Virus record (IMG/VR): IMGVR_UViG_3300045051_000978
Coordinates: 1 to 64,000 of that record
DNA: 64,000 nucleotides
Strand: one strand, 5' to 3'
Source of the DNA: a virus
Shown here: positions 22,808 through 33,620 of the stretch, piece after piece
How the letters are laid out: each line of letters opens with the position of its first letter
Position numbering within the stretch: the first letter of the stretch is position 1
Program-made: the position numbers and the translations under genes
Notes under the pieces: model-generated
The model's database searches: none
What the model was told of the DNA's origin: nothing
The model's input: the letters and a program-made list of their open reading frames with translations, nothing else

Positions 22808-25164
22808 TCGGCCTGGTTGTTGATGATGATGTTGGCGAAGCGAAGCAACTCGTAGTCGCCAGCGGTCACGCGATTCGCTGTGCTTGCCGGAGAGTCGAGC
22901 GCTACCCGTGTGATCGTGTCCACCCCAGGAACGGACTGAACAACGTCCTCGACGCTACTGCTCGACGCTACGATGCCGGAAACGCGGCGGGCGTAGATGG
23001 CCTGCCCGACTGCCAGCTGCTCACTCCAGGCGCGCAGGTACGAGCGAATCTCCCGGCGCTTGGTCAGCGAATTGTCCCCGAGGTATCCGACGTAGACGTT
23101 GATGGCGCGGTCCTGCGAATAGCCGGTGACGCTGTTGAGCTTCATCGTCAGATCGCCGGCAACACCGCTGACGTAGAGCGTGAGCTGTCCCGTTAGCAGG
23201 TTCAGCACCGAGTGGTAATCAGGCAAACCGTCTCCGTCCGAATCCGTCTCGTCTGTGCTCAGGTTGCTGCCGATCACCCGGGCAAGGCCGGAACGGTAGT
23301 ATGGCAGGATCGTCAGCTCTGTTGCTCCGAGGAAGAGGCGCAGCGACCACACGGACAGCGGGTACACCGGCAGCTGCGCAGTATAGACGCCAAGCGTTCC
23401 GCTTGCCGCCGTACCAGCGCTCAGCTTGTCGATTTCGTAAACAAAAGAATCATCTGGTAGCGTGAACAGCTCGGTGTCGTTTGACGCCGTCAGGTCCGCG
23501 ATGGGCGTCGCCATGTTCACGGTATCGACGCCATAGACTTCATCCAGGGTGCGAACCAGGTTCGAGTACAGCACAGGGTCACCTGGCCGAAGCGCGCTGA
23601 CGAATGACGAAACCGCGTCCGTAACCAGGCTCGCCGTATCGGTGACATCGAAACCGCTGAACGCTTTGAAACGCAAGCTGAGCGGAATGGGCCGATTGGT
23701 TCCGTCGTAGACCTCGACGAAGTCGGTGGCCATGGCCCTTTCCTGCATGTAATCCTTGAGCGCCTGCTTCTGCGTCGCGGACAGGTTGACCAGTCCACCG
23801 CCAGGTCCCGTCGTCCAGGCGTAGACGTTGACGATGTTGCCCTCCAGGAGCGCGTTGTCGCGACGCACCGAGGCCCGAGCGTACGCCACCGATCCGTACT
23901 GCGCGCTGTTGAACGCCTGGGCGAACGTCTGGTAGTCTCCCTCGGTCACGCAGCGATCACCCGTGCGCGTGTAGTAGGGGATCAGCGTGCGCGCCTGCTC
24001 CAGGGTCTCAGCATCCTGTCCGCCCGACCCGGTTGCCGTCGAATTCGTCACGGCCACGCTGACTGGGCTGCTTGTGTCCGCTGTGATGCCGATGATGGAA
24101 GTCGCGATCTGATTGAGCGTGATGTTTCCAGCAGAACCGCCTCCGACCCGGTAACTGATGTCGATGGACGCATCCGCCGGAACAGCAGCGCCGAATTGAT
24201 CGTCGCCAAAGCGCACAGTCGTCCGACCGTTGGTGAATGTTTGAACAACAAACACCTTGTCAGTTGGCGATTTGTATACGGAATACGCAGCCTCTTGCCA
24301 GCGTTCTCCGTTCACAGTGACATCGACGGAGTTGTCGATGACCGGGGTACGCGACAGCTGCACGATGTAGCCGGCGACGTTGCTCTCCGCGGACGGCACC
24401 GTGAATTTCTCGGTGATCGTCTGCCCTTGAACGAGCAGGATGCGCCGGTCAAACACCTCGGCAGCGGCATCTTCTGTCGTGCTTTCGTACGCTCGGTCCA
24501 GGATCAGACGTGTGTTCGCACCAACGGAACCTGGAGCTGTCTCGATGGCAATGATCTGGTAGGTCGTGGTGCTGCCCTCTCGGTTGAGGCTCTGTCCGAT
24601 CTGAACCAGCGACCCGAGATCAACCGTCGTGTCGAGCACGTCCACGTAGTCCGCACTGGCGGTGAAGCGCAGCAGCGAGTTCACGACCTGACGACCGGTG
24701 GCTGTCACCGAAAACGTAGCCACGGAGGTCTTGGGCGTCAGCTCGCCGGCCTCGATGACGTAGTCGCGCACGACCTCGAAAGTCTGATTCTGGCTGTCCG
24801 AACTGCGAATCTGCGTGCCCTTGCTGATCGTCACGTCCGTCGTGAGCGTCGAAGAGAGGGTCGCTTCGCACGAAACCACCGCAGGAATCGGGTTGTGCAG
24901 CCTGTAGCCAACCAGCTGACCAACGCGAACAGCTGATTCGCGCAGCGTCATGGTCCCGATAAAATTCTCACCGCCGATACGGTTCACCAGGAACGCCATG
25001 GTGCTCGTAGCCCATGCGACGATGTCTACCAGGACGATGCCGAAGCTGTTGGCCAGAAAATCGTTCCAGGCCCGCGGCCACCGTGCGCGCACGCGCTGGA
25101 GCAATGCGTCCTTGTGGGACTGAAAATCCGTCTTGATGTACCGCAGGGTTGTTTCAGAGGCCAT
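22804..25164 (-). CDS. baseplate wedge protein (T4 gp6 / baseplate J-like)
   Basis: WNDF, VRFGDDQFG, YRVGGGSAGN, GGQDAETLEQAR, DRCVTEGDY motifs. Confidence 0.9.
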   Translation of the reverse strand: MASETTLRYIKTDFQSHKDALLQRVRARWPRAWNDFLANSFGIVLVDIVAWATSTMAFLVNRIGGENFIGTMTLRESAVRVGQLVGYRLHNPIPAVVSCEATLSSTLTTDVTISKGTQIRSSDSQNQTFEVVRDYVIEAGELTPKTSVATFSVTATGRQVVNSLLRFTASADYVDVLDTTVDLGSLVQIGQSLNREGSTTTYQIIAIETAPGSVGANTRLILDRAYESTTEDAAAEVFDRRILLVQGQTITEKFTVPSAESNVAGYIVQLSRTPVIDNSVDVTVNGERWQEAAYSVYKSPTDKVFVVQTFTNGRTTVRFGDDQFGAAVPADASIDISYRVGGGSAGNITLNQIATSIIGITADTSSPVSVAVTNSTATGSGGQDAETLEQARTLIPYYTRTGDRCVTEGDYQTFAQAFNSAQYGSVAYARASVRRDNALLEGNIVNVYAWTTGPGGGLVNLSATQKQALKDYMQERAMATDFVEVYDGTNRPIPLSLRFKAFSGFDVTDTASLVTDAVSSFVSALRPGDPVLYSNLVRTLDEVYGVDTVNMATPIADLTASNDTELFTLPDDSFVYEIDKLSAGTAASGTLGVYTAQLPVYPLSVWSLRLFLGATELTILPYYRSGLARVIGSNLSTDETDSDGDGLPDYHSVLNLLTGQLTLYVSGVAGDLTMKLNSVTGYSQDRAINVYVGYLGDNSLTKRREIRSYLRAWSEQLAVGQAIYARRVSGIVASSSSVEDVVQSVPGVDTITRVALDSPASTANRVTAGDYELLRFANIIINNQAD

Positions 25165-25167
25165 AGG

Positions 25168-25470
25168 TCAAAAAACGTAACGAGCGTGCCGGCGCAGAAT
25201 CTTGTACGCCTTGTCCCCCGCGACTGTGGGCTGCTGCTCAAGCGTGCGCCGAATCACCGCCTGCGCAATGCCGTCCGGCGAGATGCCGGTCAACAACTGC
25301 AATGCCCCGTTGTCCAAAAGCCGACGGTACAGCCTGCGCGACTGGTCAACGACGTACGCAGCTCCCTCGTCGAACGGCCTGCTCGGATCAGTCTCGTCAG
25401 CCCAGTCTTCGATGGGCATGTCGTCGCCGTCTTCAAGAAGAGCGCGAACGATTTCATGCGATGAATGCAC
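25168..25470 (-). CDS. hypothetical protein with N-terminal LLE peptide
   Basis: MHSSHEIVRALLED; TAATTA 4 nt upstream. Confidence 0.7.
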   Translation of the reverse strand: MHSSHEIVRALLEDGDDMPIEDWADETDPSRPFDEGAAYVVDQSRRLYRRLLDNGALQLLTGISPDGIAQAVIRRTLEQQPTVAGDKAYKILRRHARYVF

Positions 25471-25497
25471 GCCCTAATTACCCGTTCTGTACTCCAC

Positions 25498-27117
25498 ATG
25501 GAAAGCGTTCAAACACCGCCTATCGAGGAATTTTTTCCGCTTGAACGCATTCGCGACAAGCAGCAGAAGGCTCTGCACTTCATCGACGAGCGTGTTGCCG
25601 GAGGTTACCGCGACATCGTCATCGAAGCTCCCACCGGCCTCGGAAAAAGCGCCCTGGGCGTTGCGTGCTGCATCTGGGCGGGTTCCACAGACCTGGAAGG
25701 CCAGATGGGCGGATACTACCTGGTGACGCAGAAACTGCTCCAGGATCAGCTGGAACACGACTTCAGGCGTTTTGTAGACGTATACAAAACGCTCGGCGCA
25801 TCGCTCAAGTCAGCTTCCGAGTATGTGTGTCCAGCACACGGAAACTGCCAGGTCGCTGGCCAGAAGTCCAAGAAGCAGCCCTGCGCGCAGCGCAAACTGA
25901 ACACCTGCCCGTACAAAATAGCGTACGGGCGTTTTGTCGGTCAGCCCGTTTCGGTCACCAACTACCCTTACTTTTTCACCGAGCGCAGCTACCTCAAACG
26001 TCTCGAAAAGCGCCAGGTCCTGGTGATGGACGAATGCCACAGCATCGAGCGGCAGGTCCTTGGTTTCATTGACATCGTCGTCAGCAACAAAATCCTCGCG
26101 GAGTGGGCTCCGATGCTCCAGCCGCTGCCGGTGATGCCTGATGCAGACCAGTTCATGCGCTGGGCCAAAAACAGCTACGCGCCGAGGCTGAAGGAGCGCC
26201 TGGACTTTCTGCGTGACCAGGCCGCGGAGTCAGACGAGCAGAAAGTGCACAAGGAACTGCGTGAGCTGGAAATGTACGCCGGCCGTCTGTTGATGGCGTT
26301 GCAGAGCATGGAAGAGGACCCAGGCAACTGGGTGTACTGGACGGAGCAGACGGAGGACGGGGCTATGTGCACGGCCAAGCCCATCGATGCGTCTCCGTAC
26401 ACGCCGCCGATCCTGATGGATAACGCCTCGCTGCGCATCTACATGTCAGCGTACGTAGGCCCGAAAAACATCTTCTGCCGGACCATCGGACTTGATCCTG
26501 AGAAGACGGCCTTTGCTTCTCTCCGCAGCAGCTTTCCCATTGAAAACCGGCCCATTCACATACTGCCTGTCGGTTCAATGGGCAGGCGGTCGCAGGACGA
26601 AACCATGCCGGTTCTGCTCAGGAAAATTGAGAAAATCATGGACGTGCATTCGTCCGAGCGCGGGCTAATCCACGTGCACAGCTACAAGATCGGAAAGGCT
26701 GTTTACGATTTTCTAAGAGGCACCAAGCACGCGTCGCGCATCCTGTTCGCTGAAAACTCAGGACAGCGAGCCACGCTGATGATGCGCCACGCGAAAGGCA
26801 CGCTTCCGACGGTGCTCATCAGTCCGTCCATGACGGAAGGCTTCAGCTTCGACGACGATCTGGCACGCTGGCAGATCATCGCCAAAATGCCGTACGCGTC
26901 ACTCGGCGATCCTCAGGTCGTGGCCAAGAAAAACCGCGACGCTGAGTGGTACGTGCTGCAAACCGTCTCGACGTTCCTTCAGGCAGCCGGACGCATCGTC
27001 CGCAGCGAAACCGACTTCGGAGCAACCTACGTTCTGGATAGCGACTTTGGAATGCTGTACGAGCGCTATCCTCACTTTTTCCCGAAGTGGTTGTCCGACG
27101 CATTTCAATGGCACTGA
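25498..27117 (+). CDS. DinG/XPD-like SF2 helicase
   Basis: EAPTGLGKS, DECH, Cys cluster, QAAGRIVRSETDFG. Confidence 0.92.
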   Translation: MESVQTPPIEEFFPLERIRDKQQKALHFIDERVAGGYRDIVIEAPTGLGKSALGVACCIWAGSTDLEGQMGGYYLVTQKLLQDQLEHDFRRFVDVYKTLGASLKSASEYVCPAHGNCQVAGQKSKKQPCAQRKLNTCPYKIAYGRFVGQPVSVTNYPYFFTERSYLKRLEKRQVLVMDECHSIERQVLGFIDIVVSNKILAEWAPMLQPLPVMPDADQFMRWAKNSYAPRLKERLDFLRDQAAESDEQKVHKELRELEMYAGRLLMALQSMEEDPGNWVYWTEQTEDGAMCTAKPIDASPYTPPILMDNASLRIYMSAYVGPKNIFCRTIGLDPEKTAFASLRSSFPIENRPIHILPVGSMGRRSQDETMPVLLRKIEKIMDVHSSERGLIHVHSYKIGKAVYDFLRGTKHASRILFAENSGQRATLMMRHAKGTLPTVLISPSMTEGFSFDDDLARWQIIAKMPYASLGDPQVVAKKNRDAEWYVLQTVSTFLQAAGRIVRSETDFGATYVLDSDFGMLYERYPHFFPKWLSDAFQWH

Positions 27118-27132
27118 AACCGTAAACAAATT

Positions 27133-27615
27133 ATGTACTCTGACCAATTCCACGTCATCGAATTCATGCGTGCAGCCCAGCAGCCTGTCCCTGACGAGCC
27201 TGGGATGCCTGACCTGAACACACGCAATCTGCGCATCCGGCTGATCGCGCAAGAGCTGCGCGAACTCGCGCACGCCTACGGAATGCGCCTGGTCATGGAC
27301 ACTGCGCTGCCGGAGGATGCAATGGCAATCGAGGCGGACCCAAACCTCACTCCCAGCCTCAGAGACGCCTACGACGCCACCCTGGACATTCAGTACGTCA
27401 CGGTCGGAAACGGCGTCGCGATGGGCCTGGACCTCCAACCCGGCTGGGAAGAGGTGCAGAAGAGCAACATGAGCAAGTTCATCGACGGCTACAAAGCGCC
27501 CTCCGGCAAGTGGATCAAGGGGCCGTCCTACCACCCTGCGAGGCTTCAGCCCATCATCGACGCCCAGATCGAAGCGGCGCGGGCGCGCAAACGGCAAGCT
27601 CAACTCGGGCTGTAG
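27133..27615 (+). CDS. MazG-like nucleotide pyrophosphohydrolase
   Basis: RLIAQELREL, DATLDIQYV, EVQKSNMSK, GKWIKGP. Confidence 0.8.
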   Translation: MYSDQFHVIEFMRAAQQPVPDEPGMPDLNTRNLRIRLIAQELRELAHAYGMRLVMDTALPEDAMAIEADPNLTPSLRDAYDATLDIQYVTVGNGVAMGLDLQPGWEEVQKSNMSKFIDGYKAPSGKWIKGPSYHPARLQPIIDAQIEAARARKRQAQLGL

Positions 27616-27630
27616 TTAGGCGCAGAGTCT

Positions 27631-28386
27631 ATGCGCCGCGACTTCCTACAGCAGCTGTTCGGTGATCCGTCCGTCGAGGAAAGGCTGATGCAGCCTGCCC
27701 ACATCGATGAGCTGATCAGCCGCATTTTCGAGGAAGCAGATCAGCAGGAAGCCGGTCTGCTCAAAGCCAACAAGAAACCGCTTGCGGATGCGCTGAAGAG
27801 CGTCGGCGTAAACGCTGCGGTCGAGGCATTTCCTCAGTGGTGCGAAATCCGGTTCGACAACGAGGCGGATTACCGCGCCGCCTGTGCGTCGATTTTCACG
27901 CCAGACGCCATGCACGACCTGGCGCAAGCCGGCTGGGTCGCGGCCAAGAGCGGTGACGAGGGCATGGCCAACGAAGCCCCCGACTTCAAGATCGGTTTCT
28001 TCGAGGTCAGCGTAGCCGGCGAAGATGCTTCCGACACCGAAAAGGCTCCTGACCTGGAAAAGGTGATCAAGGACGGCCGGTCAGCCGCGACCAAGGAACA
28101 GGATCGGGATGACGACGAGCTGAATCCGGTCGAGAATCCGGATGACGAGATGGGCGGCAAAGCCGAAGGCGTCGGCAAACCGAAAGATGGCGCTGATCCC
28201 AAGGGCAAGCCGAAGGGCAGCTACGAGAGCGCCGCAGCCATCGCAAGCGACCTCCTGGAAACGACGATGGCCTCAGCCATCCCTGCCCCTGTCGAAGCTC
28301 CTCTCGGGACAGCGCGCAGAGACACCCGCAATCGCAAGCGCATGGACGCGCTTCGCCGCCGGCATTCAGGCAAGTCCAAGCCATGA
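27631..28386 (+). CDS. acidic hypothetical protein, possibly head-associated
   Basis: 251 aa ORF after TAGTTA; first of a translationally coupled operon. Confidence 0.8.
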   Translation: MRRDFLQQLFGDPSVEERLMQPAHIDELISRIFEEADQQEAGLLKANKKPLADALKSVGVNAAVEAFPQWCEIRFDNEADYRAACASIFTPDAMHDLAQAGWVAAKSGDEGMANEAPDFKIGFFEVSVAGEDASDTEKAPDLEKVIKDGRSAATKEQDRDDDELNPVENPDDEMGGKAEGVGKPKDGADPKGKPKGSYESAAAIASDLLETTMASAIPAPVEAPLGTARRDTRNRKRMDALRRRHSGKSKP

Positions 28387-28739
28387 ATCCGCACACCGTG
28401 GTAAAACGGCTTCTGGAAGCCGACGAGCTGGATGCCGACGAAGTATTCGGCTCGGCTCTCGACGCTCTCGATGCCGAGAAGGCGAATCTGAAGCGTCTGG
28501 GCGTCATCAACGCCCAGACTGCTGACGATTTTGACCGATTTTACCACCGCAAGCTGCGCTACAAGACGGACCCGTCGCGTCCGCTCGAATGCCGGCGCAA
28601 CGGGCGCACGAAACGGTGGAAGACGCGTCCCGATCAGTTCAGCATTCCGGTGAAGTACGGCATGTACGACGCCTTCCGCATCGACAACAGCAACGCGCAC
28701 GAATGGTCCACGGTACCCAACCCGGAGCCTGCGGCATGA
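28383..28739 (+). CDS. hypothetical protein with N-terminal LLE peptide
   Basis: MNPHTVVKRLLEA; RRNGRTKRWKTRP...IPVKYG. Confidence 0.8.
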   Translation: MNPHTVVKRLLEADELDADEVFGSALDALDAEKANLKRLGVINAQTADDFDRFYHRKLRYKTDPSRPLECRRNGRTKRWKTRPDQFSIPVKYGMYDAFRIDNSNAHEWSTVPNPEPAA

Positions 28740-29404
28740 GATACCACGATTACGAAAGTCTGGGCACCGTTTCGTTTACACATCGCGAACCTCCGCTCCT
28801 TGAAGCGTTCCGAGGTTCGGACATCGTTGACTGGTACGGGCGCATCGAGCAGTCGATCATCAACCTGCTGCGGGACGCCGAGAAGTCCAACAACAGCACG
28901 TACGAGGCGCGGCTGAAGGCGTTCCTCGAAACCTGGCAGGAGCACCCCATCGACGGCAGCCTCAACCGCGAGACCATCGAAATCCTGCTGGCTGCGGCCA
29001 AGCAATGGGCTCGGGAATCCTGGGACCTGCAATCCTACTTCCTGTCGCTCCAGACTCGTCTGCGTCAGCTGATCGCGTCCGAGGAAGAGCTGCCACGCGA
29101 CATCGACATGGGGCAGAACGACGCCGCGCTCGGAGGCGGCGGTGGAGGCGGCGGAGGTGGAATGCCGCCGATGAGCCCATCGTTTGGTCCTCAGGACGGC
29201 GGACCCGAAGAACCCGGTGCCGAAGGCGGCGGCGGTGGCCCTGGCGATCTCGGCGCAGGTGGACCGGGCGGACCGGGCGACCTCGGTGGACCCGAGGGCG
29301 ACCTGCCTGACGAGCTTGGCGCTGAATCTCCTGAAGGCTTGGGCGGCGAAGCCCCAGGACCCGAGGGCGAGGAACCTGAGGAAACCGAAGAACCCATCCC
29401 ATGA
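28736..29404 (+). CDS. hypothetical protein with Gly/Pro/Glu-rich tail
   Basis: ATG 28736 overlaps the previous stop. Confidence 0.75.
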   Translation: MRYHDYESLGTVSFTHREPPLLEAFRGSDIVDWYGRIEQSIINLLRDAEKSNNSTYEARLKAFLETWQEHPIDGSLNRETIEILLAAAKQWARESWDLQSYFLSLQTRLRQLIASEEELPRDIDMGQNDAALGGGGGGGGGGMPPMSPSFGPQDGGPEEPGAEGGGGGPGDLGAGGPGGPGDLGGPEGDLPDELGAESPEGLGGEAPGPEGEEPEETEEPIP

Positions 29405-29973
29405 GTACCCAGAAGATCGCACAATTTGTCCTGGAGCGGAGTCGCCGTGCCGTGCCGCTCATTCAAACCGGCGAAGCACTCCAAGCCATCGGCTCAGACG
29501 GCCTCAAGGAGGCGCTCGACAAGCGCTGGCTGGTCACCGATCACGACAGCTACTGGCTGCGCACCACGCTCGACCATACCCGGCTCCAGGAGGTCCACGC
29601 TGCCGCGGCGACGCCGGACGCTGAGGCGCAGGTCCACGAATCGCAGACAGCTCGGATCGTGCTCGAACATGCGAACCGTCCAGTCTTCGAGATCAGTGCT
29701 CCCGGCACCGGCAAGCCTGGACCGGCTCTGACCAGCGCACCGGCCGCACCGCCCACGCCAACGAGTCCGCCGGCATCTCAGCAGCCAATGGGTTCCGGCG
29801 CGCCTGCCAAGACCCTGGGCATCGGTTCGGATGTGACCGTGGCTGAGAACGGCCGATCCTACACCGGCAAGGTCAGCGGACGAACCCCTGAGGGTCGTTA
29901 CCGCCTGAATTTCGGAGGTGAACGCCCAGCATCCGTGCGCGACTATGCACCCGATGAAATGCAGGTTCAGTGA
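29401..29973 (+). CDS. hypothetical protein
   Basis: MSTQKIAQFVLE start, coupled ORF. Confidence 0.75.
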   Translation: MSTQKIAQFVLERSRRAVPLIQTGEALQAIGSDGLKEALDKRWLVTDHDSYWLRTTLDHTRLQEVHAAAATPDAEAQVHESQTARIVLEHANRPVFEISAPGTGKPGPALTSAPAAPPTPTSPPASQQPMGSGAPAKTLGIGSDVTVAENGRSYTGKVSGRTPEGRYRLNFGGERPASVRDYAPDEMQVQ

Positions 29974-30538
29974 GGCGGTTGACCTGGCGCGCAAGCTTCT
30001 CGAAGACGATCCGCCGCCGGGCGAACCTCTCCCAGCAGACGACTTCGATCCCGAGGAAATGGTCACCTCGGCCGAGCAGGGCTTGAACCTTGGAGCAGGC
30101 TCCACGCCGAACTTCGCCAAGTGGCTTGAGAAGGCCCAGAGTGGCCGCGGCGGAAGGCGCAAGCTCGAAAACAACACCTACGCCATCCTCCACAACCGGC
30201 CCACTGACGCCGGAACGTACGAGCCCGCCTTCGTGGCTGTCCGCCTGCACGCCACCGACATTCTCCGCTTCTACCCGGACAACAGTGTGGTCGTAAACAG
30301 CGGTGGCTGGCAGACCAGGACGACGCTCGACCGGCTGAACAAGTTCCTTCCAGGAAACTGGCGCATCTACACCCAGAAGGGCACCTGGTACTGGTCGCTC
30401 GGGTACGGCTACGGCAGGGACAGTGACGTTATTCAGCCGTACACAGATGGCGACAAGATCAACAGCGAAGGCGAACTGGAAGCGCAGCAGCACGGTATTC
30501 ATGTCCGCAGGCGCAAGCGCGCCAATCCGGCCGCATGA
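29954..30538 (+). CDS. hypothetical protein with LARKLLE peptide
   Basis: LHATDI, NSGGWQTRTTLDRLN motif. Confidence 0.75.
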   Translation: MKCRFSEAVDLARKLLEDDPPPGEPLPADDFDPEEMVTSAEQGLNLGAGSTPNFAKWLEKAQSGRGGRRKLENNTYAILHNRPTDAGTYEPAFVAVRLHATDILRFYPDNSVVVNSGGWQTRTTLDRLNKFLPGNWRIYTQKGTWYWSLGYGYGRDSDVIQPYTDGDKINSEGELEAQQHGIHVRRRKRANPAA

Positions 30539-31371
30539 ACACGATTGGTGCAGAACTGCTCTACGAAAAGCACGCGTCCGTTGATGGCGTGTACGCCGAT
30601 CTTTCCGCAGGCGTGCCCGAGTATTACGCGAAGTGCCCCGAGTGCGGCAACGTACACGGCATGTTCAGCTCGGTTCAGGACGCCGTAAACAACAAGGTCT
30701 GTGGAGGGTGCCGATTCGACCGCGTCCAACGCACAAAAGCCGACCTGGAAAAGCTCGGGCGTCCCACCCGAAAACCGGTGCGTGAGGATGAGGAACTGCC
30801 CTCCGAGGAACTGCCCATCGGTGACGAGATGGACAACGAGGAGCTGGCTGACCATCTCCGCGTTACCTGGGTAGAGGAAGCCGCATCTGAGCTGGCCACT
30901 GACCAGGGCGCGACGCCCGACGATGTCGTCATCACCGACAGCGACTACGACGAAGACTCTGCCGATGACATGACCACCTGCGAGGTCGAAGTTGGTGGAC
31001 GCGAGTGGAAGCTCTACAAGGACGAAGACGAAATCGAGGCCGAAATTCTCAAATCGGTCGCTGAACAGATCGTTGACGATCCAACGATGTTCGCTGATTG
31101 GCTGATCCGAAATCACATCGATACGGACAGGCTTCGCCGCGTGATCAACAGCGGCATGGACGAAAACGAAACTATCGAAGACCCGTGGGACTGGCTCGAA
31201 GATGTTTACGGAAAAAAGGATGCCCTCAAGTACGCCTGCGAACTCGTGAGTATTGACAGCCAAGGTGCGGCTGAAGAGTGTCTTCGGTACGATGGCTGGC
31301 GGCACTTTCATCCCCGTGGAGAGGACATTGTCGAGCTGTCCAAGAACGTCATCGCCGTACCTCAGTTCTGA
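30535..31371 (+). CDS. acidic zinc-ribbon protein
   Basis: CPECG and CGGC, very acidic C-terminal part. Confidence 0.8.
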   Translation: MNTIGAELLYEKHASVDGVYADLSAGVPEYYAKCPECGNVHGMFSSVQDAVNNKVCGGCRFDRVQRTKADLEKLGRPTRKPVREDEELPSEELPIGDEMDNEELADHLRVTWVEEAASELATDQGATPDDVVITDSDYDEDSADDMTTCEVEVGGREWKLYKDEDEIEAEILKSVAEQIVDDPTMFADWLIRNHIDTDRLRRVINSGMDENETIEDPWDWLEDVYGKKDALKYACELVSIDSQGAAEECLRYDGWRHFHPRGEDIVELSKNVIAVPQF

Positions 31372-31374
31372 AGC

Positions 31375-32103
31375 GTGAAAAGCTACCGTCAACTCGTGCG
31401 TGAAGCCGGCCGGGTACTGAAAGACCACGAGCTTGGCGGCAAACCCAAGGTCTTGGCGCTCTGGAACAGCGTCGAGTGGCAGGAGATGCCTCAGCCCAAC
31501 GGTCCTCGGGATGCGGAGCTGAGCGTGGACGCCAGCTCGCCGGTCATCCGGCTGTACCCTGGACTGCTTCAGACGGACAAAGCCGTTGAGTCCATCCTGC
31601 GCGAGTTCGGCCTACTCATCCTGGCCAGCGGCGGCAAGCGCAGCAGCGAGGTCTGGGACAAGAAGTACGATCTGCCAACCCCTGAACAGATCAAAACCGC
31701 AGCTGGCAAGCTCACCGATCACGAGCTGCGTAAGACCTGCAAGACGTACTCGCAGCTGAAGGACAGCTACCCGGAACGCGGCTCTGCCGTTGACCGCCTG
31801 GTCTTCATTCACATCGCGAACGCGCTTCTGGCCAACAACATTCCGCTGGCAGATTCGGTCGGCGTGGACATCACCAAGTGGGGGCCTACCGTCGAGTACG
31901 CCGCGCAGAAGCGCTACCACAGTCTGACACCTTTGGTGAGCGCCTACTGCCCGCCTGAAGTCGTGCGCTGCTTCGGCTGTGCCTTCGCCGAGCTGATTGT
32001 AAACAATCTGCGCTGCTGCCGTGAAAGCACAGTTGCTGCGGGTCTTCGTCGTATCGTTGCCAACGTCGTCAGTCGCCTTGAGGCATACCCTGCTCTTGGG
32101 TGA
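31375..32103 (+). CDS. hypothetical protein
   Basis: Starts MKSYRQLVREA, resembling a T4 capsid-targeting sequence. Confidence 0.78.
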   Translation: MKSYRQLVREAGRVLKDHELGGKPKVLALWNSVEWQEMPQPNGPRDAELSVDASSPVIRLYPGLLQTDKAVESILREFGLLILASGGKRSSEVWDKKYDLPTPEQIKTAAGKLTDHELRKTCKTYSQLKDSYPERGSAVDRLVFIHIANALLANNIPLADSVGVDITKWGPTVEYAAQKRYHSLTPLVSAYCPPEVVRCFGCAFAELIVNNLRCCRESTVAAGLRRIVANVVSRLEAYPALG

Positions 32104-33583
32104 TGTCGATGGCCGACACGTCCCGCACGATCTGGTCCTTCCCGACCTTCTTGGAGAACTCGTGGAACTCTTCCACGGCACTCTGAATTGAAGCGAGCGT
32201 CGCTTCGATCTGCGCTGCTGGACGCTTGCGTTTGGACGGCACCAGCGGATGCGCAATCCCACGCTGCTGGACACCTCCCTGAGGTTGCGCCTGGGCTGCA
32301 TCCGGCGCAGCAGGTTCTGGGGCTGCTGGTTGTTCAGCAGGCGGCTGTTCAGCAAAGGACTTCAGTGCTTCGATGAACTCCTCGTAGGATATTTCCTGGC
32401 CCGATTCGAGGTGAACGCGCAGCGTGTCGTACTTCACGACCAACGCCACGAAATTGTACCGCGCACGGCGAAGCCCTGTGCCTCGACCGTGCATGAAACT
32501 GCCAAGAGGCGTGTGGATGGTCATGTAGCCGACCATGCCGCCGTCGGTTGCTCTCTGCCACGCAGTCGAACGCGCCTGCTTCACGTCGCTCATGAACGTG
32601 TCCTTGTTGGCCCATGGCCACGCGTCCACTCCATACCGCACCGCGGCAGCGTAGGTCAGCGGCACGATCAGCGTGACGTTGTCGTCGTCGTAGACCGTCG
32701 TCTTCTCTTTCCAGCGCCCCACACGCACGTCGGAACGAGCAGAGCGGGCCTGCCAGAAGTGCTTCACGCGACGCACAACGTCCTGCATCACGCCAACGTC
32801 GCGGATGTCGTCAGGCGTCAGCGGTACCGGCTCGACAGCGTCCTCACCTGGATCAAGGTGGCGATACTTGTCGGAAATGACTTCGTTCATTTCGACGGCT
32901 TTCCTGTATACAGAGAAGAAAGCCGTGGTGGTCTTTTCAACCATGTCGTACCGACCGACGGCTGCGACATGCCCTGGAAAGTCGTAGGAGTAACCGAACG
33001 GGGACCCTTTGGCGTGCGTCGTAAGGCGCGCAATCATGTCCTCTTCGGCATTCGAGGCCAGCCTCAGCGCGTCTGCACGCCGCGGTTCAAGTTTCGCCTC
33101 AACCTCACGGTTGATTTCTTCAGCAGCGCCAGGAGGCCAACGTCGCGAATCTGAGGGCAGACCGCGGTCTTTGACGGCCTTCTTGAGATAGCCGTCCATG
33201 AGACCGCGCTCAAGGGCAGCAGCAATCGCTGGCGCACGCTTGCGAGCCTCCTCACCGCCGCCAGCCTCAAAGAAAATCCAGTCGGTCCAGATGTGATTCG
33301 GCGTGGGGTCGAGTGCCATCAAGCGCTGCGCAGCGCGAAGGCTGATCTTGGAATCAGCGTAGCGCTCCTCGTCACGGGCGTTCGTAAACGAAAAATCAGA
33401 GCGGGACGGCGTGGGCGTCTTGTACGCGACGATCACCGGTTTACCGTCACGGACAAGGCCGTATTTTTCGAGCACGTCACGCTGCACCTGATCCAAGGTA
33501 GCAAGCCAACGGTGCCATGCAGGAGTAAGCGCTTCCTGCTGCCGCTTCATCTGCTCGGCCTTGGAATTTGCGGGAACTGGCAT
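32069..33583 (-). CDS. hypothetical protein, possibly internal virion protein
   Basis: Start moved to ATG 33583 (MPVPANSK) after TACTTA; DPTPNHIWTDWI and VPLTYAAAVRYG motifs. Confidence 0.8.
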   Translation of the reverse strand: MPVPANSKAEQMKRQQEALTPAWHRWLATLDQVQRDVLEKYGLVRDGKPVIVAYKTPTPSRSDFSFTNARDEERYADSKISLRAAQRLMALDPTPNHIWTDWIFFEAGGGEEARKRAPAIAAALERGLMDGYLKKAVKDRGLPSDSRRWPPGAAEEINREVEAKLEPRRADALRLASNAEEDMIARLTTHAKGSPFGYSYDFPGHVAAVGRYDMVEKTTTAFFSVYRKAVEMNEVISDKYRHLDPGEDAVEPVPLTPDDIRDVGVMQDVVRRVKHFWQARSARSDVRVGRWKEKTTVYDDDNVTLIVPLTYAAAVRYGVDAWPWANKDTFMSDVKQARSTAWQRATDGGMVGYMTIHTPLGSFMHGRGTGLRRARYNFVALVVKYDTLRVHLESGQEISYEEFIEALKSFAEQPPAEQPAAPEPAAPDAAQAQPQGGVQQRGIAHPLVPSKRKRPAAQIEATLASIQSAVEEFHEFSKKVGKDQIVRDVSAIDITQEQGMPQGD

Positions 33584-33620
33584 AACCAGCCTAAGTACCG
33601 ATTGTTTTCTGTTCTCTCGG

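Noticed and set aside
29131-29400. GGC-rich DNA repeat
   Set aside because: It encodes a Gly/Pro/Glu low-complexity protein tail.
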